The notes: generated by a model not told the origin, from the letters alone. Shown: positions 51,483 to 62,676, counted from the first letter of the stretch. The stretch: DNA of 64,000 nt from an uncultured Pseudomonadota bacterium (GCA_963843375.1 CAWJKT010000006.1:309047-373046), one strand, 5' to 3'. Numbers and translations are program-made.

Positions 51483-51912
51483 TTATACGCGCCGACGTTT
51501 AGGTGGCCGGCAACCATTATGAGGGACAGGTGTAACGTCTTTAATCATTGAAATTTGTAATCCGCTAGTTTGAATGGCCCTAATGGCCGCTTCCCGGCCC
51601 GAACCCGGACCCTTCACGTAGACTTCGACCGATTTCATTCCCGCATCAACTGCTTTCTTACCGGCGGTTTCAGCGGCCACTTGGGCAGCAAATGGGGTTG
51701 ATTTTCGGCTTCCTTTAAAGTTCATGGAACCTGCCGAAGACCAAACCACAACGTTACCTTTCGGTTCTGAAATGGTCACTAAGGTGTTATTAAAGGTACA
51801 TTGAATATGTACAACACCATTGCGAGGTGCTTTTTTTCCTTTTTTAGCGGCCGCCGGCAGCGGCGGCCTTTTCATCTTTTACTTCAATTTTAGATTCAGC
51901 TTTATCAGCCAC
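51483..51912 (-). CDS. rpsK: 30S ribosomal protein S11 (frameshift in the N-terminal part)
   Basis: [37 protein letters not shown] start at 51912 with a GAGGAG RBS. Confidence 0.96.
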
Positions 51913-51967
51913 TCTTTTTACTCCTCTTACTTCCTGCCTATTTAAAATAGGCAAATCGATCTAGATT

Positions 51968-52348
51968 TTACTCTTCTTTTTTACGTCCACTTCCAACAGT
52001 TTTTCGCGGACCTTTACGGGTACGCGCATTCGTCTTTGTCCTCTGCCCCCGCACGGGAAGCCCTTTACGATGACGGCTTCCACGGAAAGTTCCAATATCA
52101 ATTAGGCGTTTGATATTCATTGAAACTTCACGGCGTAAATCGCCTTCAACCTTGAGATTCTCCGAATTGATAGTGTTTTGAATCCGGGCGATTTCATCGT
52201 CTTTCAAATTCTTCACTCGCACGTCCGGACTAACATTTGCTTTGGCCAAAACTCTTTTAGACAAAGCCAAGCCAATCCCATAAAGATAAGTTAAAGCCAC
52301 TTCAATACGCTTCTCTTTCGGTAAATCAATTCCCGCTATTCGAGCCAT
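51968..52348 (-). CDS. rpsM: 30S ribosomal protein S13
   Basis: [28 protein letters not shown]. Confidence 0.98.
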   Translation of the reverse strand: MARIAGIDLPKEKRIEVALTYLYGIGLALSKRVLAKANVSPDVRVKNLKDDEIARIQNTINSENLKVEGDLRREVSMNIKRLIDIGTFRGSRHRKGLPVRGQRTKTNARTRKGPRKTVGSGRKKEE

Positions 52349-52361
52349 GCTTTCTCCTCAA

Positions 52362-52475
52362 TTATCCTTGCCGTTGTTTGTGTTTGGGGTTTGTGCAAAT
52401 AACACGGATTACCCGCTTGCGACGGATCACCTTGCATTTATCACAAATTGGTTTCACTGATGACCGCACCTTCAT
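52362..52475 (-). CDS. rpmJ: 50S ribosomal protein L36 (not in the ORF track)
   Basis: Translated by hand: [37 protein letters not shown]. Confidence 0.97.
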   Translation of the reverse strand: MKVRSSVKPICDKCKVIRRKRVIRVICTNPKHKQRQG

Positions 52476-52499
52476 TGTGCATCCTTCCTTAAAAACAGC

Positions 52500-52718
52500 T
52501 TATTTGAATCGATAAGTGATGCGGCCCCGACTTAAATCATAAGGAGACAGCTCAACCGTTACTCGATCTCCCGGAAGAATTCGAATAAAATTCATTCTCA
52601 TCTTCCCTGAAACATGGGCCAAAACCACGTGTTTGTTTTCTAATTCCACCCTGAAACTGGCGTTCGGAAGGGCTTCAATTACAGTCCCCTCCACCGAAAT
52701 TGCTTCTTCTTTTGCCAT
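52500..52718 (-). CDS. infA: translation initiation factor IF-1
   Basis: MAKEEAI..EG...[20 protein letters not shown]. Confidence 0.98.
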   Translation of the reverse strand: MAKEEAISVEGTVIEALPNASFRVELENKHVVLAHVSGKMRMNFIRILPGDRVTVELSPYDLSRGRITYRFK

Positions 52719-52734
52719 AATCCTCCCGACCCCT

Positions 52735-53494
52735 TCAAGGGGTGTGGCTCACTCGTGTTAAGTTTTCAGGCCCACCTGGAAGGATGGCAACGGTATCCTC
52801 AAAATGGGCGGAGAATTTACCATCTTTCGTTACAACTGTCCAGCCATCCTCCAGAACCTTCACTTCATCCACACCCATATTAACCATGGGCTCTAATGCC
52901 AGACACATTCCTTCGATAATCCGAGGGCCCTGCCCCTTTTTCCCATAATTTGGGACCTGGGGGTCTTCATGCATCGCTTGCCCGATTCCATGGCCCACAT
53001 AATCCTTGACAACTGAAAACCCGTTTTTTTCCACATATTCTTGAACAGCGTTTCCGATGTCCGAAATTCTGTTTCCCACCCGACATTGGTCAATACCCTT
53101 GTTTAAAGACTCAAAGGTAATTTGGAGTAATTTTTTTACCTCAGCGGAAATTTTCCCTACCGCAAAGGTTCTAGCCGAATCGCCACAATAGCCTTTATAA
53201 AAAGCCCCAACATCAATTCCTACAATATCCCCTTCTTCAAGAACGCGCTTGCTCGGAATACCATGAACAACCTGGTCGTTGACCGAAGTACAAATGGTCG
53301 CCGGATAGCCGTGGTAACCTAAAAAAGCCGGAACACAGTCGTTTTTTTTAAAAAACTCGTAAGCAAACTTGTCGAGCTTCTTGAGTTGTAACCCCGGGTT
53401 TAACTTTCTTTTCAAGTTCAACAAGCGCCTGCCCAACAACTCTGCTGCTGATTCTCATCAACTGCAGTTCAGTTTCGGACTTAATCGAAATCAA
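52735..53494 (-). CDS. map: methionine aminopeptidase type I (frameshift ~53378)
   Basis: TTG start [10 protein letters not shown]...KPGVTT in the upstream frame; [30 protein letters not shown]. Confidence 0.96.
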
Positions 53495-54147
53495 ACTTTA
53501 GCCACTTTTTCTATTGCTGCGTAGATTCGTCCTATAACATCATCATATTCGCCTTCGCATTGAATACGTTTCAATAAACCCTGATTTTCGTAAAACTCAA
53601 TCAAAGGAGCCGTTTCTTTTTGATAAACATTTAAACGATTTTCAATGGTCTCGGGACGGTCATCAGGCCGTTGAATTAATTCTTTCCCACACTTATCGCA
53701 GATACCTTCCTTTTGGGGCCGCATGGTATCAATGTTATAAGTCGTTCCGCACCCCGGACAAACTCTTCTTCCGGTCAACCGTTTTAATAAGGTTGCTTTA
53801 CCAACCTCAATTTTTAAAACACTTGAAAGATTAATATTCATGCCTTGAAGCATTTTCCCCAAACTTTGAGCTTGTGGAACTGTTCGCGGAAAACCATCCA
53901 AAATAAACCCGTTCACGGCATCATTTTGCTGAATGCGTTCGCGAATCAATTCAATAACCACTGAATCGGGAACAAGTTCCCCTTTTTTCATGAACTCCTG
54001 GGCTTGCCGCCCCAAGGGAGAACCAGCTTTAACCGCAGCTCGAAGCATGTCGCCTGTTGATATTTGGGGAATACCATATTTTTTAACCAATTCACCCGAA
54101 TAGGTCCCTTTTCCTGCACCCGGTTCACCTAAAAGAATAATACGCAT
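53491..54147 (-). CDS. adk: adenylate kinase (Zn lid)
   Basis: GEPGAGKGT, STGDMLR, LDGFPRT, CPGC...CDKC. Confidence 0.98.
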   Translation of the reverse strand: MRIILLGEPGAGKGTYSGELVKKYGIPQISTGDMLRAAVKAGSPLGRQAQEFMKKGELVPDSVVIELIRERIQQNDAVNGFILDGFPRTVPQAQSLGKMLQGMNINLSSVLKIEVGKATLLKRLTGRRVCPGCGTTYNIDTMRPQKEGICDKCGKELIQRPDDRPETIENRLNVYQKETAPLIEFYENQGLLKRIQCEGEYDDVIGRIYAAIEKVAKV

Positions 54148-55484
54148 TAAAACGCATTCCGTCCTTTCAATCGACCCTTTTTCATAAAGCCATCGTAGTG
54201 CCGCATCAATAAATGAGATTCAATTTGTTTCATGGTATCTAAAGCAACTCCAACAATAATCAAAAGCGAGGTTCCGCCAAATTGAATCGGGATATGAAGT
54301 TGTCGGGTCAATAAATCCGGGAAAACAGCGATAACACAAACCGCTAACGCGCCCCAAATCGTGATTCGAGTTAAGGTTCGATCAATGAATTCCGCAGTTG
54401 GCTGTCCAGGACGAATTCCAGGAATAAAGCCTCCATATTTTTTCATGTTTTCGGAGAGATCCGTGGGATTGAAGGCAATGGCTGTATAAAAATAACAAAA
54501 GAAAACAATCAAAGCCGAATAGAGGACATAATAAACAAAGGCTCCAGGAGCGAAGTTTCGAATAATAAATTCCATAGCATTGTAAAGCCATCCTTGGTCT
54601 GCCGCCACGGAAGGAATATTTTGGACATATTTCGCGATGGTCGATGGAAATACCAAAATAGAAGAAGAAAAGATAACAGCAATAACTCCCGAATAATCAA
54701 CTTTCAAGGGCAATTGAGTGGATTGTCCTTTAAATACTTGCCGACCGACAACTCGTGTAGCGTACTGAACGGGAATTTTCCTAGCTCCCTGTTGCAGAAG
54801 AACAATAAATCCAATGGTCAATAATGTAAAAACGGCAAAGAAAATAACCGCAATTAAGCTAAGTTGGTCCACTTTTAACATTCTGTAAGTATTGCCAATT
54901 TGGCCCGGCAAAGCCGCTACAATTCCCGAAAATATGATGATCGACATCCCATTTCCAATACCATATTCCGTAATTTGTTCGCCCAACCACATGATAAAAA
55001 CTGTTCCAGTGGTTAATGCCAATACAGCTAATATCTGAAAGCCAATCCCCCAATGATAAATAACATTTTCACCAAAATTTTTGAACAAATAAGTAGTCCC
55101 TGTTCCTTGAATGAGACAAAGCACCACTGTTCCATAACGGGTATATTGAGTGATTTTTCGGCGTCCTAGTTCCCCTTCTTTAGAAAGTTTCTCAAGGGTT
55201 GGAATAACGGCGGTCAAAAGTTGAAGAATAATGGACATACTGATATAGGGCATAACACCCAAAGCAAAAATAGAAGCTTGTTTGAAAGCATTCCCCGAAA
55301 ACAAGTTGAGAAAACCTAAAATCCCGTTGTTTTGGCTTTTAAATGAGTTGGCCAACTCGGCAATATTAACGCCAGGAACGGGAATATGGGTTCCAATGCG
55401 GTAAACCAAAAGAATACCTAAAACAAAAAGAACCCTGTTTCTGAGTTCCGGGACCCTAAAAATATTGGAAAAAGCTGAAAACAC
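54147..55484 (-). CDS. secY: preprotein translocase SecY
   Basis: SIFALGVMPYI, WLGEQIT..GIGNG, IPGIRPG, GGTSLLIIVGV. Confidence 0.98.
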   Translation of the reverse strand: MFSAFSNIFRVPELRNRVLFVLGILLVYRIGTHIPVPGVNIAELANSFKSQNNGILGFLNLFSGNAFKQASIFALGVMPYISMSIILQLLTAVIPTLEKLSKEGELGRRKITQYTRYGTVVLCLIQGTGTTYLFKNFGENVIYHWGIGFQILAVLALTTGTVFIMWLGEQITEYGIGNGMSIIIFSGIVAALPGQIGNTYRMLKVDQLSLIAVIFFAVFTLLTIGFIVLLQQGARKIPVQYATRVVGRQVFKGQSTQLPLKVDYSGVIAVIFSSSILVFPSTIAKYVQNIPSVAADQGWLYNAMEFIIRNFAPGAFVYYVLYSALIVFFCYFYTAIAFNPTDLSENMKKYGGFIPGIRPGQPTAEFIDRTLTRITIWGALAVCVIAVFPDLLTRQLHIPIQFGGTSLLIIVGVALDTMKQIESHLLMRHYDGFMKKGRLKGRNAF

Positions 55485-55922
55485 TTACAAGACCTCCGTC
55501 GTTCCACCGACGGCTTTGATTTTCTCAATAGCAGACGCACTAAACGCATGGGCTTTTACCGTTAATTTATTTTTCAATTCTCCATTACCCAAGATTTTCA
55601 CCGGATCCTATCCACCAACAAATCCCTTATTTTTGAGGTCGGAAGGGGTCACGATAGCGCCATTTTCAAAAACCGAAAGCTGATCCACATTCACGACATC
55701 AAAAGAAGTCTTATCAATGCTTTTAAATCCACGAATCGGAAGTTTTCTATAAATGGGGGTTTGACCACCTTCAAAACCAAGGCGCACACCGCCGCCAGTT
55801 CGTGAATTCTGCCCTTTATTTCCTCGCGTAGAGGTTTTTCCATGACCAGAACCCGGACCTTTGCCAACAATTTTCCTGCGTTTAACGGCGCCCGATGCGG
55901 GTTTCAATTCTGTGATTTTCAT
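55485..55922 (-). CDS. rplO: 50S ribosomal protein L15 (in-frame TAG at 55608-55610)
   Basis: [15 protein letters not shown], then [11 protein letters not shown]...[15 protein letters not shown] in the same frame. Confidence 0.95.
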
Positions 55923-55933
55923 TTCAACTACCC

Positions 55934-56111
55934 TTATTTTTTTAATTTCGATTAAATAACCGATTTTTTCAATCATCCCGCGAATCACCGGAGTATCAGG
56001 CTTAATTACAGTTTGTCGAATTTTTTTTAATCCTAAAGCTTCAGCAATTTTCACATGCTTCGGTAAGCGCCCATTAAGACTTTTCACCAATTGGATTTTC
56101 AGTTCATTCAT
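55934..56111 (-). CDS. rpmD: 50S ribosomal protein L30 (stop lost through an extra A in an A-run)
   Basis: LKIQLVKS...ALGLKKI...[13 protein letters not shown]7-TAA at the 3' end. Confidence 0.93.
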
Positions 56112-56620
56112 GTTTTAGAGGCTCCTGTAAAACTTTCAACTGGTTTGCCACGCAAAGCCGCCACGATTTCTGGAGACCGAATCGATTTCAAACCTTTCAG
56201 CGTGGCTTGAACAACATTAAAAGTATTATCTGACCGAATCGATTTGGTCAAAATATCATGAATTCCAGCCAATTCACAAACCGCACGAACTCCCCCACCT
56301 GCAATAATTCCGGTACCAGGAGAAGCGGGCTTCAACATGACACGAGATGCTTTGAATATGCCTACCGTTTCATGAAAAAGGGTATTTCCTTTTAATGGGA
56401 CAATTATCAAATTTTTCTTAGCGTCTTCAACCGCTTTACGAATGGCATCTGGAACTTCGCTGGCTTTTCCTGTTCCAATCCCGACATGACCATGTCCATC
56501 CCCGATCACCACTAAAACTGAAAAGCTAAACCGACGACCACCTTTTACCACTTTGGCAACCCGGTTAATTTGAACTACTTTTTCCTTCAGATCGAATTTT
56601 GACGAATCAATACGAGCCAT
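56108..56620 (-). CDS. rpsE: 30S ribosomal protein S5
   Basis: [31 protein letters not shown]. Confidence 0.98.
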   Translation of the reverse strand: MARIDSSKFDLKEKVVQINRVAKVVKGGRRFSFSVLVVIGDGHGHVGIGTGKASEVPDAIRKAVEDAKKNLIIVPLKGNTLFHETVGIFKASRVMLKPASPGTGIIAGGGVRAVCELAGIHDILTKSIRSDNTFNVVQATLKGLKSIRSPEIVAALRGKPVESFTGASKT

Positions 56621-56634
56621 AATCTTCCTTACCC

Positions 56635-57000
56635 TTAAAATTGAAGCCCGTTTAGGCGGGCGGATTCCGCTAAAGCCTTTATACGACCATGAAATACATA
56701 GCCACCCCTGTCAAATACGACTTGGGTGACAGATTTATCTTTTGCCAATTTCGCGATTTTCTCACCCACTGCTTTAGCCGCTTCAATGTTACCGCCAAAT
56801 TTAACCTTGCCACGAAGGGTTTGATCGAAACTAGCAGCCGCCACTAAGGTAACTCCGTTGCTATCGTCGATAATCTGGGCGGTTATATTTTTAGCGCCCC
56901 GATGAACCACAAGCCGTGGCCGTTGTGAGGTACCCACGACCTTTTTTCGAATTCGATCATGGCGGCGGACTCGTTTAATATTTTGATGTTGCAACGACAT
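56635..57000 (-). CDS. rplR: 50S ribosomal protein L18
   Basis: [24 protein letters not shown]. Confidence 0.98.
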   Translation of the reverse strand: MSLQHQNIKRVRRHDRIRKKVVGTSQRPRLVVHRGAKNITAQIIDDSNGVTLVAAASFDQTLRGKVKFGGNIEAAKAVGEKIAKLAKDKSVTQVVFDRGGYVFHGRIKALAESARLNGLQF

Positions 57001-57017
57001 GGATCAACTCCTGATAC

Positions 57018-57587
57018 TTATTTTCCAGACGCTTTGCCGGTGGCACCCGTCTTACCAACTTTCTTTCGCACATATTCACCCAAATAACGAATTCCAGTGC
57101 CTTTATAAACTTCGGGTGGCTTGACGCGCCGAATCTTGGCGGCCATTTCCCCTACGAGATATTTGTCTATCCCTTTAACCGTCAACAATGTTTGTTTCTC
57201 AATATCCACCGTAACACCTTTTGGCAAATCCATTACAACCGGATGGCTAAAACCCAGAGACATGCTGAGTTTTCCTTTTTCCAAAGTGGCTCTATAACCA
57301 ACCCCTTGAATTTCAAGTTTCTTTTCAAACCCGGTGGTAACACCCACAAGCATATTTTTCACCAAAGCATGTGTGAGGCCATGATTGGCATTGAGCGCCT
57401 TCAAGTCCGCGTTGTTCCCTTCAACAGGTATTATCAAAAGATTTTTATCTTTTGTTTCCACCTTCATGCCCGGCATCAGTTCAAGACTTAAGGAACCTTT
57501 GGGCCCATCAACGGTAACCCGATTTCCTTCTGTCTTAATCTTAACCCCCAAGGGTATCTCAATTGGTTTTTTGGCAATTCGCGCCAT
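57018..57587 (-). CDS. rplF: 50S ribosomal protein L6
   Basis: GPKG, GVGYRA, LGFSHP, PEVYKGTGIRY. Confidence 0.98.
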   Translation of the reverse strand: MARIAKKPIEIPLGVKIKTEGNRVTVDGPKGSLSLELMPGMKVETKDKNLLIIPVEGNNADLKALNANHGLTHALVKNMLVGVTTGFEKKLEIQGVGYRATLEKGKLSMSLGFSHPVVMDLPKGVTVDIEKQTLLTVKGIDKYLVGEMAAKIRRVKPPEVYKGTGIRYLGEYVRKKVGKTGATGKASGK

Positions 57588-57619
57588 TACTTCTCCTTCG
57601 GATAATCAATTCAATATGC

Positions 57620-58021
57620 TTAATGAACCAAACAAAGAACTTCTCCGCCTACGCCCTGTTGACGGGCTTGACGATCGGTTAAAACTCCTTTGGAGGTCGA
57701 CACAATCGCAATTCCTAAGCCTCCAATCACTTTTGGAACCCGAGACTTCCCCGAATAAACTCGACGACCCGACCGACTTACCCGACTGATATTGGAAATG
57801 ACCCGCTCTCTTTTCTCGCCATATTTCATCGAAATACGGATCAAAGACGGTTTACCCTTTTCTTCGGCTATTTTGTAATTCTTAATAAAACCTTCCTCAG
57901 AAAGGATTCTCGCAATCTCCAATTTCAACTTTGAAAAGGGGATATCGACTTTTTCCTTATAAACATGATTCGCGTTTCGAATTCTCGTCAGCATGTCTGC
58001 AATCGGGTCCGTCATGGACAT
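57620..58021 (-). CDS. rpsH: 30S ribosomal protein S8
   Basis: [25 protein letters not shown]. Confidence 0.98.
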   Translation of the reverse strand: MSMTDPIADMLTRIRNANHVYKEKVDIPFSKLKLEIARILSEEGFIKNYKIAEEKGKPSLIRISMKYGEKRERVISNISRVSRSGRRVYSGKSRVPKVIGGLGIAIVSTSKGVLTDRQARQQGVGGEVLCLVH

Positions 58022-58040
58022 AAATTTGGTCTCCTTAACC

Positions 58041-58226
58041 TTACCAGCTGGCTTTCACAACACCGGGGATTTTCCCTTCCCCGGCAAGTTTTCTAAAACA
58101 AATACGGCACATTCCAAATCGTCTTAGAAATGCCCGTGAACGGCCACACAAGTTACATCGATGATATGCCCTCACTTTAAATTTGGGCTTTAACTTTTGT
58201 TTATTAATCAAACATTTCTTTGCCAT
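58041..58226 (-). CDS. rpsN: 30S ribosomal protein S14 type Z
   Basis: CNLCGR...[14 protein letters not shown]. Confidence 0.97.
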   Translation of the reverse strand: MAKKCLINKQKLKPKFKVRAYHRCNLCGRSRAFLRRFGMCRICFRKLAGEGKIPGVVKASW

Positions 58227-58234
58227 GAAGTCTC

Positions 58235-58789
58235 CTAATTTCTAAAAGGCATACCCAGCAACTTCAACAATTCTTTGGCCTGCTCGTCATTTTTGGCGCT
58301 TGTCGCGAAAGTAATATCCATTCCGTGTATAGACTGGACATTATCAAAATTAATTTCCGGAAAAATAATCTGTTCCTTTAAGCCGAGGGTGTAATTACCC
58401 CGACCGTCGAAAGAACGGGTCGGTACCCCGCGAAAGTCGCGAATACGAGGAAATGCAATCATAAAAAGCCGTTCCATGAACTGAAACATACGATCTCCCC
58501 GAAGGGTGACTTTTGCGCCAAGCGGCTGGTTTGCGCGAAGCTTGAAATTGGAAATGGCCTTTTTAGATCGTGTAATGGCCGGCTTTTGGCCGCTAATGAG
58601 TGTCAGCTCTTCAACCGCCATATCCAAAAGCTTAATGTTGTTTTCAGAAGCCGCTTTTCCCACGCAAACATTAATTACAATCTTTTCAACTTTGGGGACT
58701 TCCATAACATTTTTAATCTCAAATTTTTTCATAAGATCTGGGATTATTTCTTTGGAGTACTTTTCTTTTAAAATAGTTTTCGTCACCAT
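58235..58789 (-). CDS. rplE: 50S ribosomal protein L5
   Basis: [29 protein letters not shown]. Confidence 0.98.
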   Translation of the reverse strand: MVTKTILKEKYSKEIIPDLMKKFEIKNVMEVPKVEKIVINVCVGKAASENNIKLLDMAVEELTLISGQKPAITRSKKAISNFKLRANQPLGAKVTLRGDRMFQFMERLFMIAFPRIRDFRGVPTRSFDGRGNYTLGLKEQIIFPEINFDNVQSIHGMDITFATSAKNDEQAKELLKLLGMPFRN

Positions 58790-58790
58790 C

Positions 58791-59111
58791 TTATTTTTCC
58801 TTATCCAGAATTTCGCCGCACTTCTTGCAAACTCGAGTCTTCATCCCGCTCGCCAAAACCTTATGGGCAATACGGGTCGCTTTTCCACATTTTCCACAGA
58901 TAACCTGTAAATTGGAAAGATGGACAGGAGCTTCCTTTTCCAATATCCCGCCTTGGGGTAGCTGCTGGGTCGGCCTTGTATGCCGTTTCACCATATTAAT
59001 TTTTTCAACCAAAGCTTTTTCCACTTTGGGAAAAAGTCGAATGACTCGGCCTTTTTTCCCTCGATCTTTGCCGGTCAGTATGACGACCGTATCTTCGCGA
59101 TGAACATGCAT
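58791..59111 (-). CDS. rplX: 50S ribosomal protein L24
   Basis: [16 protein letters not shown]. Confidence 0.97.
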   Translation of the reverse strand: MHVHREDTVVILTGKDRGKKGRVIRLFPKVEKALVEKINMVKRHTRPTQQLPQGGILEKEAPVHLSNLQVICGKCGKATRIAHKVLASGMKTRVCKKCGEILDKEK

Positions 59112-59114
59112 GGT

Positions 59115-59483
59115 TTACAAAACCTCCGGAGCCAACGAAATAATTTTCATGAAATTCTTTTCTCGAAGCTCGCGAGTAACGGGCCCGAAAATACGGGTTC
59201 CTCGAGGATTCATTTGATCGTTGATAATAACAGCCGCATTTTCATCAAAACGAATATTGGAACCATCGGAACGGGTAAAAACACGCCTTTGCCTTACAAT
59301 CACAGCCCTCACAACTTCACTTTTCTTAACTCCGGCTCCCGGAATGGCTTCCTTAACAGCGGCAACGATGACATCTCCAATCGCTGCATACCGACGCTTG
59401 GTTCCGCCCAGAACATGAATGCACATGATCCTCGTGGCGCCGCTATTGTCCGCGACATTTAACATGGTTTGAGGCATAATCAC
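59115..59483 (-). CDS. rplN: 50S ribosomal protein L14
   Basis: [28 protein letters not shown]. Confidence 0.98.
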   Translation of the reverse strand: MIMPQTMLNVADNSGATRIMCIHVLGGTKRRYAAIGDVIVAAVKEAIPGAGVKKSEVVRAVIVRQRRVFTRSDGSNIRFDENAAVIINDQMNPRGTRIFGPVTRELREKNFMKIISLAPEVL

Positions 59484-59770
59484 AGTTTCGCCTCCTCAAT
59501 CTGAAGCCCTTTTTTTAGAATTTTCACCAACCGCCAGTGCTTATCCGCGCTGATGGGCCGAGTTTCAGCTACCAAAACCACGTCCCCTTTTTTAGTTTCA
59601 TTTTTAGGATCATGGATCTTGAACTTGCTGCGTTTACGAACCAATTTTTGGTAAAGCGGATGCTTGACCAATCGCTCAATGGAAACAATTGCCGTCTTAT
59701 CCATTTTACGGCTCAATACAACAGCCGTTTTAAAGCGAGCCTGTGGTCTTTGATTTTCAAGTGTCATCAC
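59480..59770 (-). CDS. rpsQ: 30S ribosomal protein S17
   Basis: KMDKT, HPLYQK, ETRPIS..KHWRL. Confidence 0.97.
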   Translation of the reverse strand: MMTLENQRPQARFKTAVVLSRKMDKTAIVSIERLVKHPLYQKLVRKRSKFKIHDPKNETKKGDVVLVAETRPISADKHWRLVKILKKGLQIEEAKL

Positions 59771-59777
59771 TTACTCC

Positions 59778-59981
59778 TCATGAGGCTTTTGAGCCTTTTT
59801 CTTTTTCTCGAAGAATTGTTTTTAGCCGAGCCACATTTCGGCGAGCTTCTCGAATTTTCATTGGATTTTCCAATTGTTTCGTAGCTAATTGGATTTTCAA
59901 ATTAAATAGCTCTTCTTCCTTTGAAATTAATTGTTGTTTAATCTGGTCTACGCTTATTTCCCGAATTTCTTTGGGCTTCAT
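59778..59981 (-). CDS. rpmC: 50S ribosomal protein L29
   Basis: ELFNLK...QLENP..IR..RR.VARLKT. Confidence 0.96.
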   Translation of the reverse strand: MKPKEIREISVDQIKQQLISKEEELFNLKIQLATKQLENPMKIREARRNVARLKTILREKEKGSKAS

Positions 59982-60403
59982 GAAACCCCTCCCACTTGAG
60001 CCCGTGAAATATATTTAGTCTTCACAGGAAGTTTATGAGAAGCCAATTGGAAGGCTTCTTGAGCAACCATTTCCGGACAACCACTGAGTTCAAATAAAAT
60101 TCGACCAGGCTTTACAACCGCCGCCCAATGATCAGGCGCCCCTTTACCACCACCCATACGAACTTCAGCGGGTTTTCGGGTTATCGGCTTGTCGGGGAAA
60201 ATACGAACCCATAATTTTCCAATACGCTTCATGTGACGATTGATTGCAACGCGAGCCGCCTCAATTTGACGGTCCGTGACATATCCCGCATCCTGGGATT
60301 TCAATGCGTATTCGCCAAATGCGAATACGGCTCCGTTCTTCGTTTGGCCGCGCATACGGCCCTTCATAGTCTTTCTGTACTTAACGCGTTTAGGCATTAA
60401 CAT
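59978..60403 (-). CDS. rplP: 50S ribosomal protein L16
   Basis: [25 protein letters not shown]. Confidence 0.98.
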   Translation of the reverse strand: MLMPKRVKYRKTMKGRMRGQTKNGAVFAFGEYALKSQDAGYVTDRQIEAARVAINRHMKRIGKLWVRIFPDKPITRKPAEVRMGGGKGAPDHWAAVVKPGRILFELSGCPEMVAQEAFQLASHKLPVKTKYISRAQVGGVS

Positions 60404-60417
60404 GACTTAATCCTTGT

Positions 60418-61146
60418 TTAACCTTTTGTTGGAATAGCTTTATTTTCAAAGGACTTTCGTTCCCGAGGAGCCGATTTAGGCTTTGCGACGACTACCTCTT
60501 CTTGTTTATCTTTTGGTCCAAAAATCTCGCGTTTAAAAACCCAGGCTTTAACTCCAATTTTTCCATATGTTGTGCTGGCTTCCGCAAATCCAAAATCTAT
60601 GTCAGCGCGTAATGTATGAAGGGGAACGCGGCCCTCTCGATACCACTCGGTACGGGCAATTTCCGAACCAGCCAACCGGCCGGAGCACATAATTTTGATT
60701 CCTTTAGCACCGCCATCTAATGCGCTTTGGATAGCCTTTTTCATGGCCCTGCGAAATGCAATGCGCTTTTCCAATTGGCTTGCGACACCCTCAGCAATCA
60801 ATTGGGCATTGGTTTCCGGATGCTTTTCTTCGTTAATATTGATTCGGACTTCCTTCTTTGAGAATTGCTGCAATTCTTCTTTTAACTTGTCCACTTCCGA
60901 ACCCTTCTTCCCAATCACAATACCGGGCCTGGAAGCAAAAATATCCACTTCAACCGTTTCGCCTTTTCGCTTTAGAACAACACGGGCAATGCCCGCATGT
61001 TTTAACCGTAATTTCACGAATTTGCGAATTTCGATGTCTTCTAATAGAGTTTGGGTATAGGTTTTTTGCTTGGCAATAAACCAAAGTGAATCCCAATCGC
61101 GAATGATTCCGACCCTTAAACCGATCGGATTGATTTTCTGTCCCAA
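60418..61146 (-). CDS. rpsC: 30S ribosomal protein S3
   Basis: [28 protein letters not shown]. Confidence 0.98.
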   Translation of the reverse strand: MGQKINPIGLRVGIIRDWDSLWFIAKQKTYTQTLLEDIEIRKFVKLRLKHAGIARVVLKRKGETVEVDIFASRPGIVIGKKGSEVDKLKEELQQFSKKEVRININEEKHPETNAQLIAEGVASQLEKRIAFRRAMKKAIQSALDGGAKGIKIMCSGRLAGSEIARTEWYREGRVPLHTLRADIDFGFAEASTTYGKIGVKAWVFKREIFGPKDKQEEVVVAKPKSAPRERKSFENKAIPTKG

Positions 61147-61167
61147 AAAAGCCTCCCAAAACTTGAA

Positions 61168-61518
61168 CTAGTTTTTTGCCTCGTCCGAAACAACCACTTT
61201 AATATGGCTGGTCCGCTTGTGAATTGCGCTGGCACGGCCCATAGCCCGCGGAATAAAACGACGGGTATTACGCATCATTGGACCACCATCCACTTGGATC
61301 GACTTAATCATTAATTTATCCACGTCAACACGATTATTTTGTCCGGCATTGGAAACCGCCGCCTTAAGTACTTTAGCCAATTCGCCGGCCGCCCGTTTTT
61401 TTGTAAAAGCCAAAATGTTTAAGGCTTCCGTCACGGGTTTTTTTCGGATCAACTCCACCACCTGCCGAGCTTTACGGGGGGTCACCCTCGTGAATCGAGA
61501 AATAGCTTGTGCTTGCAT
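61168..61518 (-). CDS. rplV: 50S ribosomal protein L22
   Basis: TPRKAR, PRAMGRA, KRTSHI. Confidence 0.97.
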   Translation of the reverse strand: MQAQAISRFTRVTPRKARQVVELIRKKPVTEALNILAFTKKRAAGELAKVLKAAVSNAGQNNRVDVDKLMIKSIQVDGGPMMRNTRRFIPRAMGRASAIHKRTSHIKVVVSDEAKN

Positions 61519-61542
61519 ATTAAAAACCTCGTTCCTGTCCGC

Positions 61543-61830
61543 TTACTTTAAAGCTACTGCTTTTTCAGTTCTAGCCGCACCATGGGCCTTAAAGGTTCGA
61601 GTGGGTGAAAACTCGCCCAACTTGTGACCTACCATGTTTTCAGTAATAAAAACCGGAATAAATTTTTTGCCGTTATGGACCGCGAAAGTATGTCCTACCA
61701 TCTCAGGATGAACCGAACACCGACGGACATAAGTCTTAATGACCTTTTTGTCGTTTGCGCGATTCATTTTTTGAATCAGATTCAAAATTTTTTGATCAAC
61801 ATAAGGACCCTTTTTAATCGATCGACTCAT
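61543..61830 (-). CDS. rpsS: 30S ribosomal protein S19
   Basis: [20 protein letters not shown]. Confidence 0.98.
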   Translation of the reverse strand: MSRSIKKGPYVDQKILNLIQKMNRANDKKVIKTYVRRCSVHPEMVGHTFAVHNGKKFIPVFITENMVGHKLGEFSPTRTFKAHGAARTEKAVALK

Positions 61831-61846
61831 TTTCTAAACCTCTCCC

Positions 61847-62671
61847 TTATTTGCGGCGTTTAACAATGTATTTATCGGTTAATTTATTTTGACGTGTTTT
61901 ATAACCTTTGGTCGGCTTTCCCCAGGGAGTCGTTGGGTGACGTCCACCCGAAGTCTTTCCTTCGCCGCCGCCCATCGGATGACCGTCACCGGGGCGGGTA
62001 ACAACTCCGCGGGATTGGGGACGCTCCCCCATCCAGCGCATACGGCCGGCTTTTCCGATACTGACATTGATATGATCCAAATTTCCAACCTGGCCGATAG
62101 AAGCCATGCAATCAACGTGGATTTTTCTCATCTCGCCGGAGGGTAGCTTCAAGGTCGCATAATCCCCATCGCGAGCCATTAACTGAGCGACCGCTCCCGC
62201 AGAACGAACCAATTGGGCTCCCTTACCAGGGCGAATTTCAATATTGTGGATCATTGAACCCATAGGAATATCTTTTAATTTCATGGCATGGCCCGGCTTG
62301 ACGTCAGCCCCTTGTCCCGACAAAACTTTATCTCCGACTTGCAAACCTTCCGGGGCCAAAATGTACTTTTTTTCGCCGTCCAAGTACTGCAAAAGAGCAA
62401 TTCGGGACGACCTATTAGGATCGTACTCAAGCGACAAGACTTTCGCTGACATCCCGCCCTTTTCTCGGTCAAAATCAATTAAACGGTATTGACGCTTGTG
62501 CCCGGCTCCCCGATGACGACTTGTAATGCGGCCATACATATTTCGACCGCCGGTTCCCTTCAATGGCATCACTAAAGATTTTTCGGGTGCTTTTTTAGTC
62601 AAATTTTCGCCAACAATAAACGTCATTGCCCGACGACCCGCAGAGGTTGGTTTATACGCTTTAATAGGCAT
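61847..62671 (-). CDS. rplB: 50S ribosomal protein L2
   Basis: EYDPNRS, RSAG, LPSGE, GGGEG, TPWG. Confidence 0.98.
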   Translation of the reverse strand: MPIKAYKPTSAGRRAMTFIVGENLTKKAPEKSLVMPLKGTGGRNMYGRITSRHRGAGHKRQYRLIDFDREKGGMSAKVLSLEYDPNRSSRIALLQYLDGEKKYILAPEGLQVGDKVLSGQGADVKPGHAMKLKDIPMGSMIHNIEIRPGKGAQLVRSAGAVAQLMARDGDYATLKLPSGEMRKIHVDCMASIGQVGNLDHINVSIGKAGRMRWMGERPQSRGVVTRPGDGHPMGGGEGKTSGGRHPTTPWGKPTKGYKTRQNKLTDKYIVKRRK

Positions 62672-62676
62672 ACGTT

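Noticed and set aside
51935..51953. Hairpin TGCCTATT/AATAGGCA between rpsM and rpsK as a terminator
   Set aside because: It has no U-tract on the coding strand and is internal to the alpha operon; at most a processing or stability stem
12247..55922. Alternative genetic code suggested by in-frame TAA and TAG
   Set aside because: There are only isolated cases involving two different stop codons, and all three stops terminate conserved genes at expected positions
55608..56111. Apparent rpmD-rplO fusion ORF (167 aa)
   Set aside because: Removing one A from the A7 run restores the rpmD TAA, and rplO has its own ATG at 55922; this is a homopolymer artefact
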